DNA from: Ostreococcus lucimarinus
Lineage: Eukaryota
DNA length: 64,000 nucleotides
Direction: 5' to 3' (one strand)
NCBI GenBank assembly: GCA_000092065.1
Contig: CP000586.1
Below, in pieces: positions 1 to 8,941 of this stretch (position 1 is the first letter of the stretch; each line of letters starts with the position of its first letter). Made by a program: the position numbers and the translations under genes. A model generated the notes under the pieces. That model searched no databases and was not told the DNA's origin. It saw only the letters and a list, made by a program, of their open reading frames with translations.

Positions 1-1573
1 CCCGAATCCTCTCCGACGCGACCGCGGCATCCCTTTGAGCGCTTCGTTCGGCGCGAGAACCAGATTCGAGAACGGTGCGAATGGCCTCGTTCGTTCGCTC
101 TTTGGCGTCATCCCCCAATCGTGTCAACTTTTCATTAAGGATCTCGCCCAGACTTTTGACCGGCTTGTCGTCGTCCAAGAGATCCTCTGCTTCAGCGCCG
201 CGAAACGCATCAGCCGTTTCCAAATCGTTCATCAAATCTTCCAATTCAAACTGCTCGACCGTCGGTCGCAAAGATATGACATCCACGGCGTTTGATCCGA
301 AGAAGCACAGGAGCGCCGCGGCGATGAGGGATGGACGTAACACGGCGATGTCATCGTCTTCTCGTCCCATGATGGCTATCGCCAGGCATAATCGCATGCG
401 AATCGTAAAGTACATCACCAACTGCGGCAACATCGTGAGAGGTGCCGTTAACGGACCTCCAATCGACAAAACCGTACCCGCGGCGAACGATTTGGACGCA
501 TCTGCGTAAATCAACGATTTCTTCAGTTTCGACACCTCGAGCTCGGGATTGACTTCCCTGTGATGCGCGGCGAGCGCGGCGGCGCCTAATATCCCAACGT
601 TCGGCACACCAACGCACGCGCCGCAAATTATTTTCCCAAGCATGTGATTCGCCGCGACGCTCGCACCCGATCGCTCAAACTCTGAAGATTCGCCCATCAC
701 GACGTTCCAGAACGTCACGATGTCTCGCAGTGGTTGGTACGTTTCGAGCACAGCCTCAAATCTCGATTTGACGATATCTTGCGCAAATCGCGCGAAGTTT
801 TGAACCCATCGACGCTCACTCATCGATGCTTCCGCCCACGCTAACGTCGAAAACTCCTCCGCGGTGGCGGTGGATCCGTCGGCGACGCGTTCGAACAGCG
901 CCGTCGACTCCAACGATTCAACCGCAGTCGACGCCATCCCCACTCGCGACATCGCATCCATTAACGATTTCGACACCTCGCACCCATCGACGACCACGAA
1001 AACGCTCGTCACGCCAACGCGCGCGCACGCGCGCTCCAACGTTTCCTCGAGACGTTCTTCGCTCGCCGTCTCGACCGTCGTCACGACGACGACTGCGTCC
1101 GCCGTCGTCGACCGCGCGTCCTCTCGCAGCCCGCCCTCCAGGCGCCGCACCGCCACACCGCTCGGTAAACCATCCACCAACGCACATGAAGCGCTCGCGT
1201 CGTCGACTTTATCGCCTTGGCGTCGATGATCGACGACCAGCACCGTCGTCGCGCGCTCCGCGTCCCGCGCGCACGTCTCCGCGAGCGTCTTCACCACCGT
1301 CGCCGACGCCTCGCCCACGTCGCGCGGCAGCACGCGCCGCGCGAGGGTGATGTTCGCGCGTATATCGATCGAGAGCGCGCCGAGGGCGTCCTGGCGCGCG
1401 AACGCGACGGGAGCGTCAGTCGTCGATCGCGATTCGTCGCATCGGGACGGGCGCGTAACAGTATCGAGTTTGGAAGTTTTACGGCGCACCTTTTTGACGC
1501 TATCGCGCGAGACGTCGTGCCAAGCGCCGAGCGCGCGATGCGCGCGCGGGTCGTCGGGCGCGGCGGCGGACAT
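1..1573 (-). CDS. Conserved hypothetical protein, 5'-complete but running off the left edge of the window, possibly DUF697/YcjF-like
   Basis: I translated the minus-strand frame by hand. It opens with ATG at 1573..1571 (MSAAAPDDPR...) and stays open to position 1. The sequence is non-repetitive and has hydrophobic segments (…ARVGVTSVFVVVDG…, …GKIICGACVGVPNVGILGAAALAAH…, …LIAAALLCFFGSNAVDV…). The ORF track omits it because it has no stop inside the window. The family assignment is a guess. Confidence 0.5.
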   Translation of the reverse strand, partial: MSAAAPDDPRAHRALGAWHDVSRDSVKKVRRKTSKLDTVTRPSRCDESRSTTDAPVAFARQDALGALSIDIRANITLARRVLPRDVGEASATVVKTLAETCARDAERATTVLVVDHRRQGDKVDDASASCALVDGLPSGVAVRRLEGGLREDARSTTADAVVVVTTVETASEERLEETLERACARVGVTSVFVVVDGCEVSKSLMDAMSRVGMASTAVESLESTALFERVADGSTATAEEFSTLAWAEASMSERRWVQNFARFAQDIVKSRFEAVLETYQPLRDIVTFWNVVMGESSEFERSGASVAANHMLGKIICGACVGVPNVGILGAAALAAHHREVNPELEVSKLKKSLIYADASKSFAAGTVLSIGGPLTAPLTMLPQLVMYFTIRMRLCLAIAIMGREDDDIAVLRPSLIAAALLCFFGSNAVDVISLRPTVEQFELEDLMNDLETADAFRGAEAEDLLDDDKPVKSLGEILNEKLTRLGDDAKERTNEAIRTVLESGSRAERSAQRDAAVASERIR

Positions 1574-1650
1574 GGGAGACGACGGCGACCGCGCGCGACG
1601 GTTTCTGGGGTGACTGGCGAGATAAAATATCTTTTCGACAACCGAGTCGG

Positions 1651-3363
1651 CTACGCCATCTCGAACGCGTTGGCGAGATTGCGCTCTTGACCTTTAGCCT
1701 TGGGAGGCGTGGGAAGAATGAACTCCTCCGCGGAGGGGTTTAAGTTGGAGGCGGCGCCGAAGTCGCGAAGACGCTCGGGGGTGTCGATTTCCGCCGCCAT
1801 GGCTTTCATGGATTGGGAAATTTCGGGAAGGTTGGAGAGATCTTGCTCGGCGATGGCGTCGATGGAGACGTCTTCTGGCGCGGAGAATTCATCGTGTTGT
1901 ATTTGGCCATCGATGAGATTCGCGATTTGTTCCTCTTCGTCCGCCTCGAACTCGGCGATGATGGCGTCAATGTCGGCGCCGGTTTCCGCGAGCATCTCGC
2001 GAAGCTTCTCCACGCGGCGTCCTTCCTGGCCGAGGCACACCAAGAGATCAGCGAGCTCTTCCTGCGCTTCCGCACTACCGGCGGCGTAACCTTCTGTATA
2101 GCCCTCTTCTTTACCTCGCTCGAACCCTCGCTCGAACGCCGCGCTTAAACTCTCTTCCGAGGCATCGACGGCGGAATCGAGCGACGTCGACCGCTCGGCG
2201 AGCTTGGCCTCCAAATCTTGTACCTTTGTGGATAGTTCGTTCGTCGTCGCGTGCGCGTGCGCCAGCTCTTCGGTAAGAGCGTCTCGATTCAATTTGATGT
2301 CTTCTAATTCCGACGCCCTCGCGTCGATCGCCGCTTGGAGTTCTGCTATCGCAGCGTCGTGCGTCGCGCGTTCGACCCAGTTTTCGTCGTCGCCACCGTC
2401 CCAGTACCACTCGCCGGTGTTTTCATCGTACTTCCATCGAGGGTCGTAATCGTAATCGTCGTGGCCTTCGTAACCTTTCCAATCGCCGCGTTCGTCACCT
2501 TGCTGCGCTTCGTAAGTCTCCGAAGCGACGATTTCTGTTTCAGTCCACTCAGTCGTCGAAGGCGCGTTCGTGTCCCACTGCGCCACCTCGGCCGCGCCCA
2601 TCGACGCGTCTTCGTGCTGCAACCACTCCTGCGTCTGCGTTTCCCATTGCGGGTGTTGTTGATCACTCTCAACTGGCGGTACGTCGGCTTCGGCCCAGCG
2701 CGGAGACCCATCCGCGGCTTCGGCCCAGTCGCTCGCGCCGCCGCCGAAATCCGCGCCTTCAGCCTCGCGGTCTCCCGCGTCGACCACCGGCGCGGGCGCA
2801 TCGCTCACCGACGTCCCGCCGACGTCGACATCATGCAATACTGGTGCTCTGTCTTCCTCTACCGCGCTCGCATCGCTCACCGTCGGCTGCATCAACGCCA
2901 GAGGCTCGCGTAAACTCTCGCTCTCATCGTCGCCGCCTTCATCCGCCGCCCGAGGCGCCGGCACGAAAAATTGCATCCCCCCGTGCGGTATGGGCGCTCC
3001 TGTCCCACCAATCGGCGCCACGCTCGGCACGAACGCGCTCACGTTCGCCATCGGCGCCGCGACCTGCGCCGAAGTCATCCCTTCCCTCGCGAAGACGTCA
3101 ACGTATCGCGCGCGCGTCCCCGCGTGAGTTGGTCCCGCGCCTCCCCCCGTCGGCGGCCCTTCCCTCGACGCGCTCGCGCTCGGCGCGTCGCCGTCTAGAG
3201 ATGCGGCCGCCATCGTCGCGTTCGGCGGCTGCATCACCGGCGGCGCGCCGATCTCCGCGGCGCCGCTCGCCGTCCCGCTCGCCGGCGCGCTCCCGTCCAC
3301 CCACGACTGCGTCTTCTCATCAAAGTAAAACGCCGACTCCAGCCCGAGCTTGGCCTTGGTCAC
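1651..3363 (-). CDS. Coiled-coil protein with an acidic, W-rich low-complexity N-terminal half and a C-terminal PAM2-like motif
   Basis: A 570-aa ORF. Its C-terminal part is heptad-like (AIAELQAAIDARASELEDIKLNRDALTEELAHAH…). Near the C-terminus, SNLNPSAEEFILP fits the PAM2 consensus (xLNxxAxEFxP), which binds the PABC/MLLE domain. Confidence 0.55.
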   Translation of the reverse strand: MTKAKLGLESAFYFDEKTQSWVDGSAPASGTASGAAEIGAPPVMQPPNATMAAASLDGDAPSASASREGPPTGGGAGPTHAGTRARYVDVFAREGMTSAQVAAPMANVSAFVPSVAPIGGTGAPIPHGGMQFFVPAPRAADEGGDDESESLREPLALMQPTVSDASAVEEDRAPVLHDVDVGGTSVSDAPAPVVDAGDREAEGADFGGGASDWAEAADGSPRWAEADVPPVESDQQHPQWETQTQEWLQHEDASMGAAEVAQWDTNAPSTTEWTETEIVASETYEAQQGDERGDWKGYEGHDDYDYDPRWKYDENTGEWYWDGGDDENWVERATHDAAIAELQAAIDARASELEDIKLNRDALTEELAHAHATTNELSTKVQDLEAKLAERSTSLDSAVDASEESLSAAFERGFERGKEEGYTEGYAAGSAEAQEELADLLVCLGQEGRRVEKLREMLAETGADIDAIIAEFEADEEEQIANLIDGQIQHDEFSAPEDVSIDAIAEQDLSNLPEISQSMKAMAAEIDTPERLRDFGAASNLNPSAEEFILPTPPKAKGQERNLANAFEMA

Positions 3364-3856
3364 TTTTTTCCCTCCGCCCTGCGCCGCGCGAAAACGAGCG
3401 ATTCGCGGTCAGTGCGCGTCGTCGCGAGCCGATCTTTGGTTTCAACACGAATCTGCGGTTGACGGATTCGTGAGAGATTAGTCGCGTCTTGCGCCGCCGC
3501 GCCGCGAATTGTACGTACGAAACCGAGACGAGCAAACATGCCCTTCGGGGCGTCGTCGTTTTGGGCCATCGCGGTGCGCGCGCGCGCGGCGGTGTGCGGC
3601 GCGCGGCTCGCTCGGGACGCGGGAACGGCGGACGCGGCGGCGGCGAGCGAGCGAGCGCAGAAAGGCACGCCGAAGAGGAGACGCTCGAGAGTTGTTGTGT
3701 TATCGTCACTATTGCATTTAAACATGAGCTACTAGATCATATGTTGCGGTGAGAAAGAATGGTTACGTGGGTGGCGCGAACCGTCGTCGAGGCGCGCAGA
3801 GCGACTCGGGACCGACGCGGCTATCTAAAAGGACGCAGAACTTGACTTTTTATCGC

Positions 3857-5905
3857 CTAGTCGGTGCCTTCGTACTCACGCATGCGCGCGAGGCGCTCAT
3901 CTTCTTCCGCCATGGCTTCGGCTTCGGCGCACATGCGCTCGATCTCTTCCGCAGTCAAACGGCCGCGGTCGTGTTGCAAGGACACGTTGGCCTCGACGCC
4001 GGTGACGCGATCCTTGGCGGTGACGGTCAACAAACCGTTGGTGTTGACCTCGAAAGTGACATCAATCTTCGGTTCGCCCGCGGAAGCGCGCTCGATGCCA
4101 GAAATTTGGAACTCGCCGAGCAAGTGGTTGCCGTCGGTGTTGGAGCGTTCGCCTTCGAAAATGCGCACATCAATCTCGTCTTGGTTATCATAGACGGTGG
4201 TGAACTCGCTCTTCTTTTTGCACGGAATCGCAGTGTTGCGTTGCACAACCTTGGCGAATTGGCGACCTTCGCACTCGACACCGAGGGAAAGCGGAACGAC
4301 ATCCATGAGGAGAACGCGAGAAGTCTGCTTGTCGCGGACGCCCGCGAGAATCGCACCTTGCACGGCCGCACCGTACGCCACCGCCTCATCGGGGTGGACA
4401 GACTTGTTGAGGGTCTTGCCATCGAAGTATTCGGTGAGGATACCTTGCACGCGCGGGACACGGGTGGAACCACCGACGAGGACGATTTCGTCGACTTCTT
4501 CCTTCTTTTTGCCGGCGTCGCTGAGCACGCGCTTGACAGAGTCGAGGCAGCGTTGGAACGTCGGTTCGCAAACCTTCTCGAATTGTTCACGGGTAATCTT
4601 CATGTTGATTTCGATTTCACCGATGAAGCATTCGATGTTGGCGTGGTTGGCCACGGACAACTCGCGCTTGGCCTTTTCGCACGCCGTGCGCAACTTGCGA
4701 AGAGCCTTTTCATCGCCGGTGAAGATGTCGGCGCCGCGCTCCTTTTCAATCTCCTTTTGCGCGAAAGCCGCGAGGGACGTGTCGAAATCTTCACCACCCA
4801 AGTGCGTGTCACCGGCGGTGGAGAGCACTTCGAAGACGCCGTCTTGCAAGTTCAACAAGGACACATCGAAGGTACCACCACCGAGATCGAAGACCAAGAT
4901 GCATTGGTTCTTGATGACTTCGCCGTTTTCGCCTTCGCGGCGATCGAGGCCGTACGCGAGCGCCGCCGCGGTCGGCTCGTTGATGATACGCAAGACGTCG
5001 AGACCCGCGATGGCACCGGCATCCTTGGTTTGGCGACGCTGGGCATCGTTGAAATACGCCGGCACGGTGACGACAGCCTTGGTGATCGGGACACCGAGCT
5101 GCGCCTCGGCAGTCGCCTTCATCTTTTGCAAAACCATGGCGGAAATTTGCTCCGGGGCAAAGTCCTTCTTTTCGCCGTTCACGTCAACGGAGACGATCGG
5201 CTTGCCGCCTTCGCCTTCTTTGACATCGAACGGCATTAATTCGAGCTCGTGAGCGCACTCGCTGTATTGACGACCGATGATACGCTTGATGTTGAACAGC
5301 GTGTTCTTCGGGTTGATGGCGGCTTGGCGCTTGGCGGCGTCGCCGACGAGGCGGCCTTGCTCGGTGAACGCAACCCAAGACGGGGTGGTACGGTCGCCTT
5401 CGGCGTTCGTCAGCACGTGCGCTTCACCGTTTCTCCACACGGACACGCAAGAGTACGTCGTACCGAGATCGATACCGATGACGTGCTCGTCGAGCGTGAC
5501 GTTATCCATTTGCGCGCTCAACTTGGCCGCTTCAATCTTAGCCTTTTGCGCCAACTTGGCTTCACCCAAACCTTCAATCAAGTTGTTGTTCTTCGGGTCC
5601 ACGGTCAAACCGCGCTCGTACGCATTCATGGCGTCGTGCAAGAAACCAGCCTTGAAGAGCGCGAAACCGAGACGAGAGTACCCCTTGGCGAAATCCGGGC
5701 GCAACTCGATGCATCGGCGCGCATCCGCGCACGCCTTGGAGTGTTGGTCCAAGTTGGCGTAGCACGCGGAGCGGTTAGAGTAGAAAATGTGATCGTACGG
5801 ATCGCACTCAATCGCCTTGGTGAACTCAGCCGTGGCGGCGTAGTATCGACCGGCGGAGAACGCGTTGTTCCCAGCCGCCTTAAACTTCGCCGCTTGCTGC
5901 TTCAT
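3857..5905 (-). CDS. Hsp70 (DnaK-type NBD plus beta-sandwich SBD) with an N-terminal fused three-TPR domain resembling Hop/STI1 TPR1, and a truncated lid with no EEVD
   Basis: ATG checked at 5905..5903. The TPR module spans aa 1-120 (AAKFKAAGNNAF…YSNRSACYANLD…KGYSRLGFALFKA), and carboxylate-clamp residues K/N/N/K/R sit at Hop-TPR1-like positions. Hsp70 signatures follow: IDLGTTYSCV, DLGGGTFDVSLL, IVLVGGSTRVPRVQ, and DVVPLSLGVE in the SBD. The protein ends …MREYEGTD soon after the lid begins. Confidence 0.9.
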   Translation of the reverse strand: MKQQAAKFKAAGNNAFSAGRYYAATAEFTKAIECDPYDHIFYSNRSACYANLDQHSKACADARRCIELRPDFAKGYSRLGFALFKAGFLHDAMNAYERGLTVDPKNNNLIEGLGEAKLAQKAKIEAAKLSAQMDNVTLDEHVIGIDLGTTYSCVSVWRNGEAHVLTNAEGDRTTPSWVAFTEQGRLVGDAAKRQAAINPKNTLFNIKRIIGRQYSECAHELELMPFDVKEGEGGKPIVSVDVNGEKKDFAPEQISAMVLQKMKATAEAQLGVPITKAVVTVPAYFNDAQRRQTKDAGAIAGLDVLRIINEPTAAALAYGLDRREGENGEVIKNQCILVFDLGGGTFDVSLLNLQDGVFEVLSTAGDTHLGGEDFDTSLAAFAQKEIEKERGADIFTGDEKALRKLRTACEKAKRELSVANHANIECFIGEIEINMKITREQFEKVCEPTFQRCLDSVKRVLSDAGKKKEEVDEIVLVGGSTRVPRVQGILTEYFDGKTLNKSVHPDEAVAYGAAVQGAILAGVRDKQTSRVLLMDVVPLSLGVECEGRQFAKVVQRNTAIPCKKKSEFTTVYDNQDEIDVRIFEGERSNTDGNHLLGEFQISGIERASAGEPKIDVTFEVNTNGLLTVTAKDRVTGVEANVSLQHDRGRLTAEEIERMCAEAEAMAEEDERLARMREYEGTD

Positions 5906-6678
5906 CGCCGGCGTGACCTGCGCGCGCGTCGTCGTCGTCCGCCTCGTCAGTCTCCCACATCGCGCGTCTCTCTCCGTCGACCGTCTCCACCGCCTCTCGC
6001 GTCCCGTCTCTCACCCCCCTCTCGCGTCCCATCGCGCGTCGCCCCACCTCGCGTCGCGCTCGCGCCTCCCTCGCGCGTCGTCCCTCGCGCGTCTTCGCCC
6101 CGCGCCCGAAGGGCCGCGCCCGGCCCTATCCGAAATCCCCATCGTCGCCCCTCCCGCGCGTCCGCCGCGCCTTCGGTCTCCCGCGCGTCCCGATCGCGTC
6201 GCGCGTCCTTTGCGCGCGTTTCACCGCGCCGTCGATCGTCCCGCGCGCCCCATCGCGCGCGCCGTCGTCCGATCGGTCGCGCGCCGCCATCCATCCATCC
6301 GTCCGCGCGCGTCGCGTCGCGGTCGCGATCGCGTTCCGCGACGCACCTGAATCAGATCGTCCTCGTCGTGCGCGACGACGGGCGCGGCGGCGGTCTTGCC
6401 TCCCTTCTTGCTGGGCGCCATCGTGTGCGGTGCGCGCGGCGAAGCGCGTCGGTGTGCGGCGCGCGCGCGCGGCGGCGGCGCGACGGGAAACCCCGCGCGC
6501 GCGCGGGGCGTCGCGCGATGCGACCGTTTTCGTGTGGGTAAACAGTCTAAAATCGGACATTCGGAGCGATCGCGCGATCGATCGCGCGCTCGGACGCGCG
6601 AAAGGCGCGTCGAGGGTCGATCGCGACGCGCGAACGGCGCGTCGCGGGTCGATCGCGACGACGGACGCGCGATCGACA

Positions 6679-7533
6679 ATGATGGGGCGCACACGGCGAC
6701 GCATGCGCGCCGCGCCGCGCACGTTCGACGTGCGGCGGGACGATGCGACGTCGACGTCGACGTCGACGAAACGCGTGACGTTCGTGCGACACGCCGAGGG
6801 GTTTCACAACCTGAAGGCGGCGCTGACGTTCGACACGACGTACAACTCGAGCCTGAACTTTGACGCGCGATTGACGCCGCGAGGCGAGGCGCAGTGCCGC
6901 GCGCTGGCGGAGACGCGAGGGGTGTGCGAGGATTGCGATCTGGTGGTGACGAGCTCGATGACGCGGTGCGTGCAGACGTCGCTGCTGTCGTTTCCGACGC
7001 TGACGCGCGCGGCGAGGGACGCGGTGCCGTTCGTGGCGAACGAGGACTTGAGGGAGACGGCGAACTATTGGTGCGATCGACGGCGGACGACGGAGGAGCT
7101 GGAGCGAGAGTTCGGCGATCGGGTGGATTTTTCGGCGTGCCCGATGAGGGATGAGTTGTGGGAGCGGTACGAACGAATTGCGGGGCCGCCGGACGCGTGG
7201 ACGAAGCATCGAGAGTCGTGCGACTTGTATTACGTCGCCAATCGGTGTCGAGCGTTTTTCGAGTGGCTCGAACGCAGACCGGAGCGGAGAATCGTGGTGA
7301 GCACGCACTCGGCGCTGCTGCGTTGCATGTTTTCGTACGGTCATCCCGGCGGCGTGCGCGCGGCGCCGGAACAGATTTTCGATTCCGGCGGCGTCTTTGG
7401 GGGGGACACGTCCAAGGGCGTTCCCGTGGTGAGCTACGGCGACGACGTCGACTTCGCGGCGCGCATGCGCGAAGACTTCGATAACTGCGAGTATCGCACG
7501 TGCTTCGTCGATTTCGCTCCGCGTGCGGTGTAG
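6679..7533 (+). CDS. Histidine-phosphatase (phosphoglycerate mutase) family protein
   Basis: The RHG motif appears as VTFVRHAEGFHN, and a second conserved His sits in VVSTHSALLRCM. The ORF is open from 6430, but the first 83 codons are R/A-rich and overlap the upstream promoter. The ATGATG at 6679 is my proposed start. Confidence 0.7.
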   Translation: MMGRTRRRMRAAPRTFDVRRDDATSTSTSTKRVTFVRHAEGFHNLKAALTFDTTYNSSLNFDARLTPRGEAQCRALAETRGVCEDCDLVVTSSMTRCVQTSLLSFPTLTRAARDAVPFVANEDLRETANYWCDRRRTTEELEREFGDRVDFSACPMRDELWERYERIAGPPDAWTKHRESCDLYYVANRCRAFFEWLERRPERRIVVSTHSALLRCMFSYGHPGGVRAAPEQIFDSGGVFGGDTSKGVPVVSYGDDVDFAARMREDFDNCEYRTCFVDFAPRAV

Positions 7534-7641
7534 ACCAAAAGCCTCTTCTGCTGACGCCAAGATTGAGAATATTTACTAGGGGGACGGTAAGAGGGCTCGC
7601 CGCGCGTTGTATTTGTATTAAAATCAATTCGTATTTCGCTA

Positions 7642-8586
7642 CTAATCAAACTTTTTCGGGTTGAGGTTGACGAACGGCTCGCATGTTTCGTCCGTCGAGG
7701 CGTCGCCGAAATCGCCTTCCATTTCGTCTAAAGAATCGTACGTGTTCCCCTTGGCGTCCCAATACGCCCAACTCTGATCGAGCACGTGCGACATCCGACG
7801 CTCCTTCGCCGCCAAGTATCCTTCGTTGAATAAATTCGCCTTGACCACGCACGCGATGCGACCGGTTATTTTTATCCCCCCACACTCTAATTCTCTGATC
7901 TTTCTCGGATTGTTTGTCATCAGTTGCACGCTGCGCACGTCCAGCTCTCGCAACATGTTCTCCACCGCCGTGTACTCGCGCGTGTCGTCCGGCAACCCGA
8001 GCCTTCGGTTGGCGTCCACGGTGTCCACCCCCTCCTCTTGCACCGCGTACGCCGCGATCTTATTCGCCAATCCGATCCCACGTCCCTCTTGCTGCAAGTA
8101 ACACACGATCCCGGGTCCGTTTTCTTTAATGTAATCCATCGCCATCTCCAGCTGTTGCTTGCAGTCGCACTTCATCGACCCTAACACCTCCGACGTGAAG
8201 CACGCGTCGTGCACGCGCACCGGCACGTTCTCGCGTCCCTCCACGTCGCCGTATATCACGCACACCGGTTCGGTGACGTCTCCCGTCGTCGGATTCGCGT
8301 GTCGATACGCCCTGACCCTGTAGAACCCCTTGTCCGTCGGCAGCTTGGTCTCCGCGACGAAGCGCGTGAGCCCGAGCGTCGCGTCCTCCGACATCTCGCG
8401 CATCTTCGCGCGCGATTCCGTCTCTTCCGGCGTCGATCGCGCGCGCGTGCGCTCGCGCGCGCCGCGACTCGTCGACGACGCGGACGCCGTGGATGACGAC
8501 GACGACGCGCGCGCGCGCCGCGCGGACGCGCTCGACCGCGCGGACGCGCTCAAGGACGGCCGAAGCACGCTCGACGACGCGCGCAT
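7642..8586 (-). CDS. ribA: GTP cyclohydrolase II (riboflavin biosynthesis), monofunctional, with an S/A/R-rich presequence that looks like a plastid transit peptide
   Basis: The RibA core is clear: …YRVRAYRH…CVIYGDVEG…VRVHDACFTSEVLGSMKCDCKQQLEMAMDYI…GIVCYLQQEGRGIGLANKIAAYAVQEEGVDTVDANRRLG…TNNPRKI. The ORF as tracked (to 8751) reads through the Pol III terminator of the upstream tRNA. I therefore start the gene at the ATG at 8586..8584 (MRASSSVLRPSLSAS…). Confidence 0.85.
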   Translation of the reverse strand: MRASSSVLRPSLSASARSSASARRARASSSSSTASASSTSRGARERTRARSTPEETESRAKMREMSEDATLGLTRFVAETKLPTDKGFYRVRAYRHANPTTGDVTEPVCVIYGDVEGRENVPVRVHDACFTSEVLGSMKCDCKQQLEMAMDYIKENGPGIVCYLQQEGRGIGLANKIAAYAVQEEGVDTVDANRRLGLPDDTREYTAVENMLRELDVRSVQLMTNNPRKIRELECGGIKITGRIACVVKANLFNEGYLAAKERRMSHVLDQSWAYWDAKGNTYDSLDEMEGDFGDASTDETCEPFVNLNPKKFD

Positions 8587-8751
8587 GCTCGACGACCTCG
8601 GGCGACGACGACGACGGCGCGCGGGTCGACGCGCGTCGGTGTCGCGTCGCGCCGACGACGCCGCGCGGTCTATCCGAGCGAAGAAATTAGACAATCGGGT
8701 GTGTGATACAGTGAGATGAAATAAATGAAACGTCGTGTGCGTGATGGGCAA

Positions 8752-8756
8752 AAAAT
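8752..8756 (-). terminator. Pol III terminator T-run (TTTTT) immediately 3' of the tRNA
   Basis: The plus strand reads aaaaa at 8752..8756, so the minus strand reads TTTTT directly after the tRNA discriminator base. Confidence 0.5.
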
Positions 8757-8828
8757 TGCTGATTTAGGGGGTCGAACCCTAGATCTTCTGCTTACAAGGC
8801 AGACGCCTTACCACTTGGCCAAACCAGC
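8757..8828 (-). tRNA. tRNA-Thr (anticodon UGU)
   Basis: I folded it by hand. The minus-strand sequence is GCTGGTT-T-GGCCAAGTGGTAAGGCG-TCTGC-CTTGTAA-GCAGA-AGATC-TAGGG-TTCGACC-CCCTA-AATCAGC-A. It has a 7-bp acceptor stem with one G-U pair, a 5-bp anticodon stem with a 7-nt loop and U33, and a GGTTCGA-type T-loop. No CCA is encoded, and TTTTT follows. Confidence 0.85.
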
Positions 8829-8941
8829 GATGCGCGTACATTAGCACAGATTACGCTATCAAACGACGATAAATAATTGATTGAAACACGCGCGCGCGTT
8901 CGTTACGAATTGTTACGGGTGCGTCACTCCGCGCCGTCGCG

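Noticed and set aside
3749-5239. Long plus-strand ORFs antisense to the Hsp70 gene. Similar long antisense ORFs are 5249..6541, 6221..7627, 12269..13177, 28699..29988, 33113..33865, 38948..40330, 41600..42925 and 43270..44373
   Set aside because: Their translations are R/A/P/S-rich and low complexity, with no hydrophobic cores. They lie opposite clearly conserved genes. They are the expected stop-codon-poor frames of a very GC-rich genome, not genes.
8587-8751. Upstream part of the tracked RibA ORF (MPITHTTFHLF…)
   Set aside because: It runs into the Pol III terminator of the adjacent tRNA. The S/A/R-rich transit peptide starts at the internal ATG at 8586.
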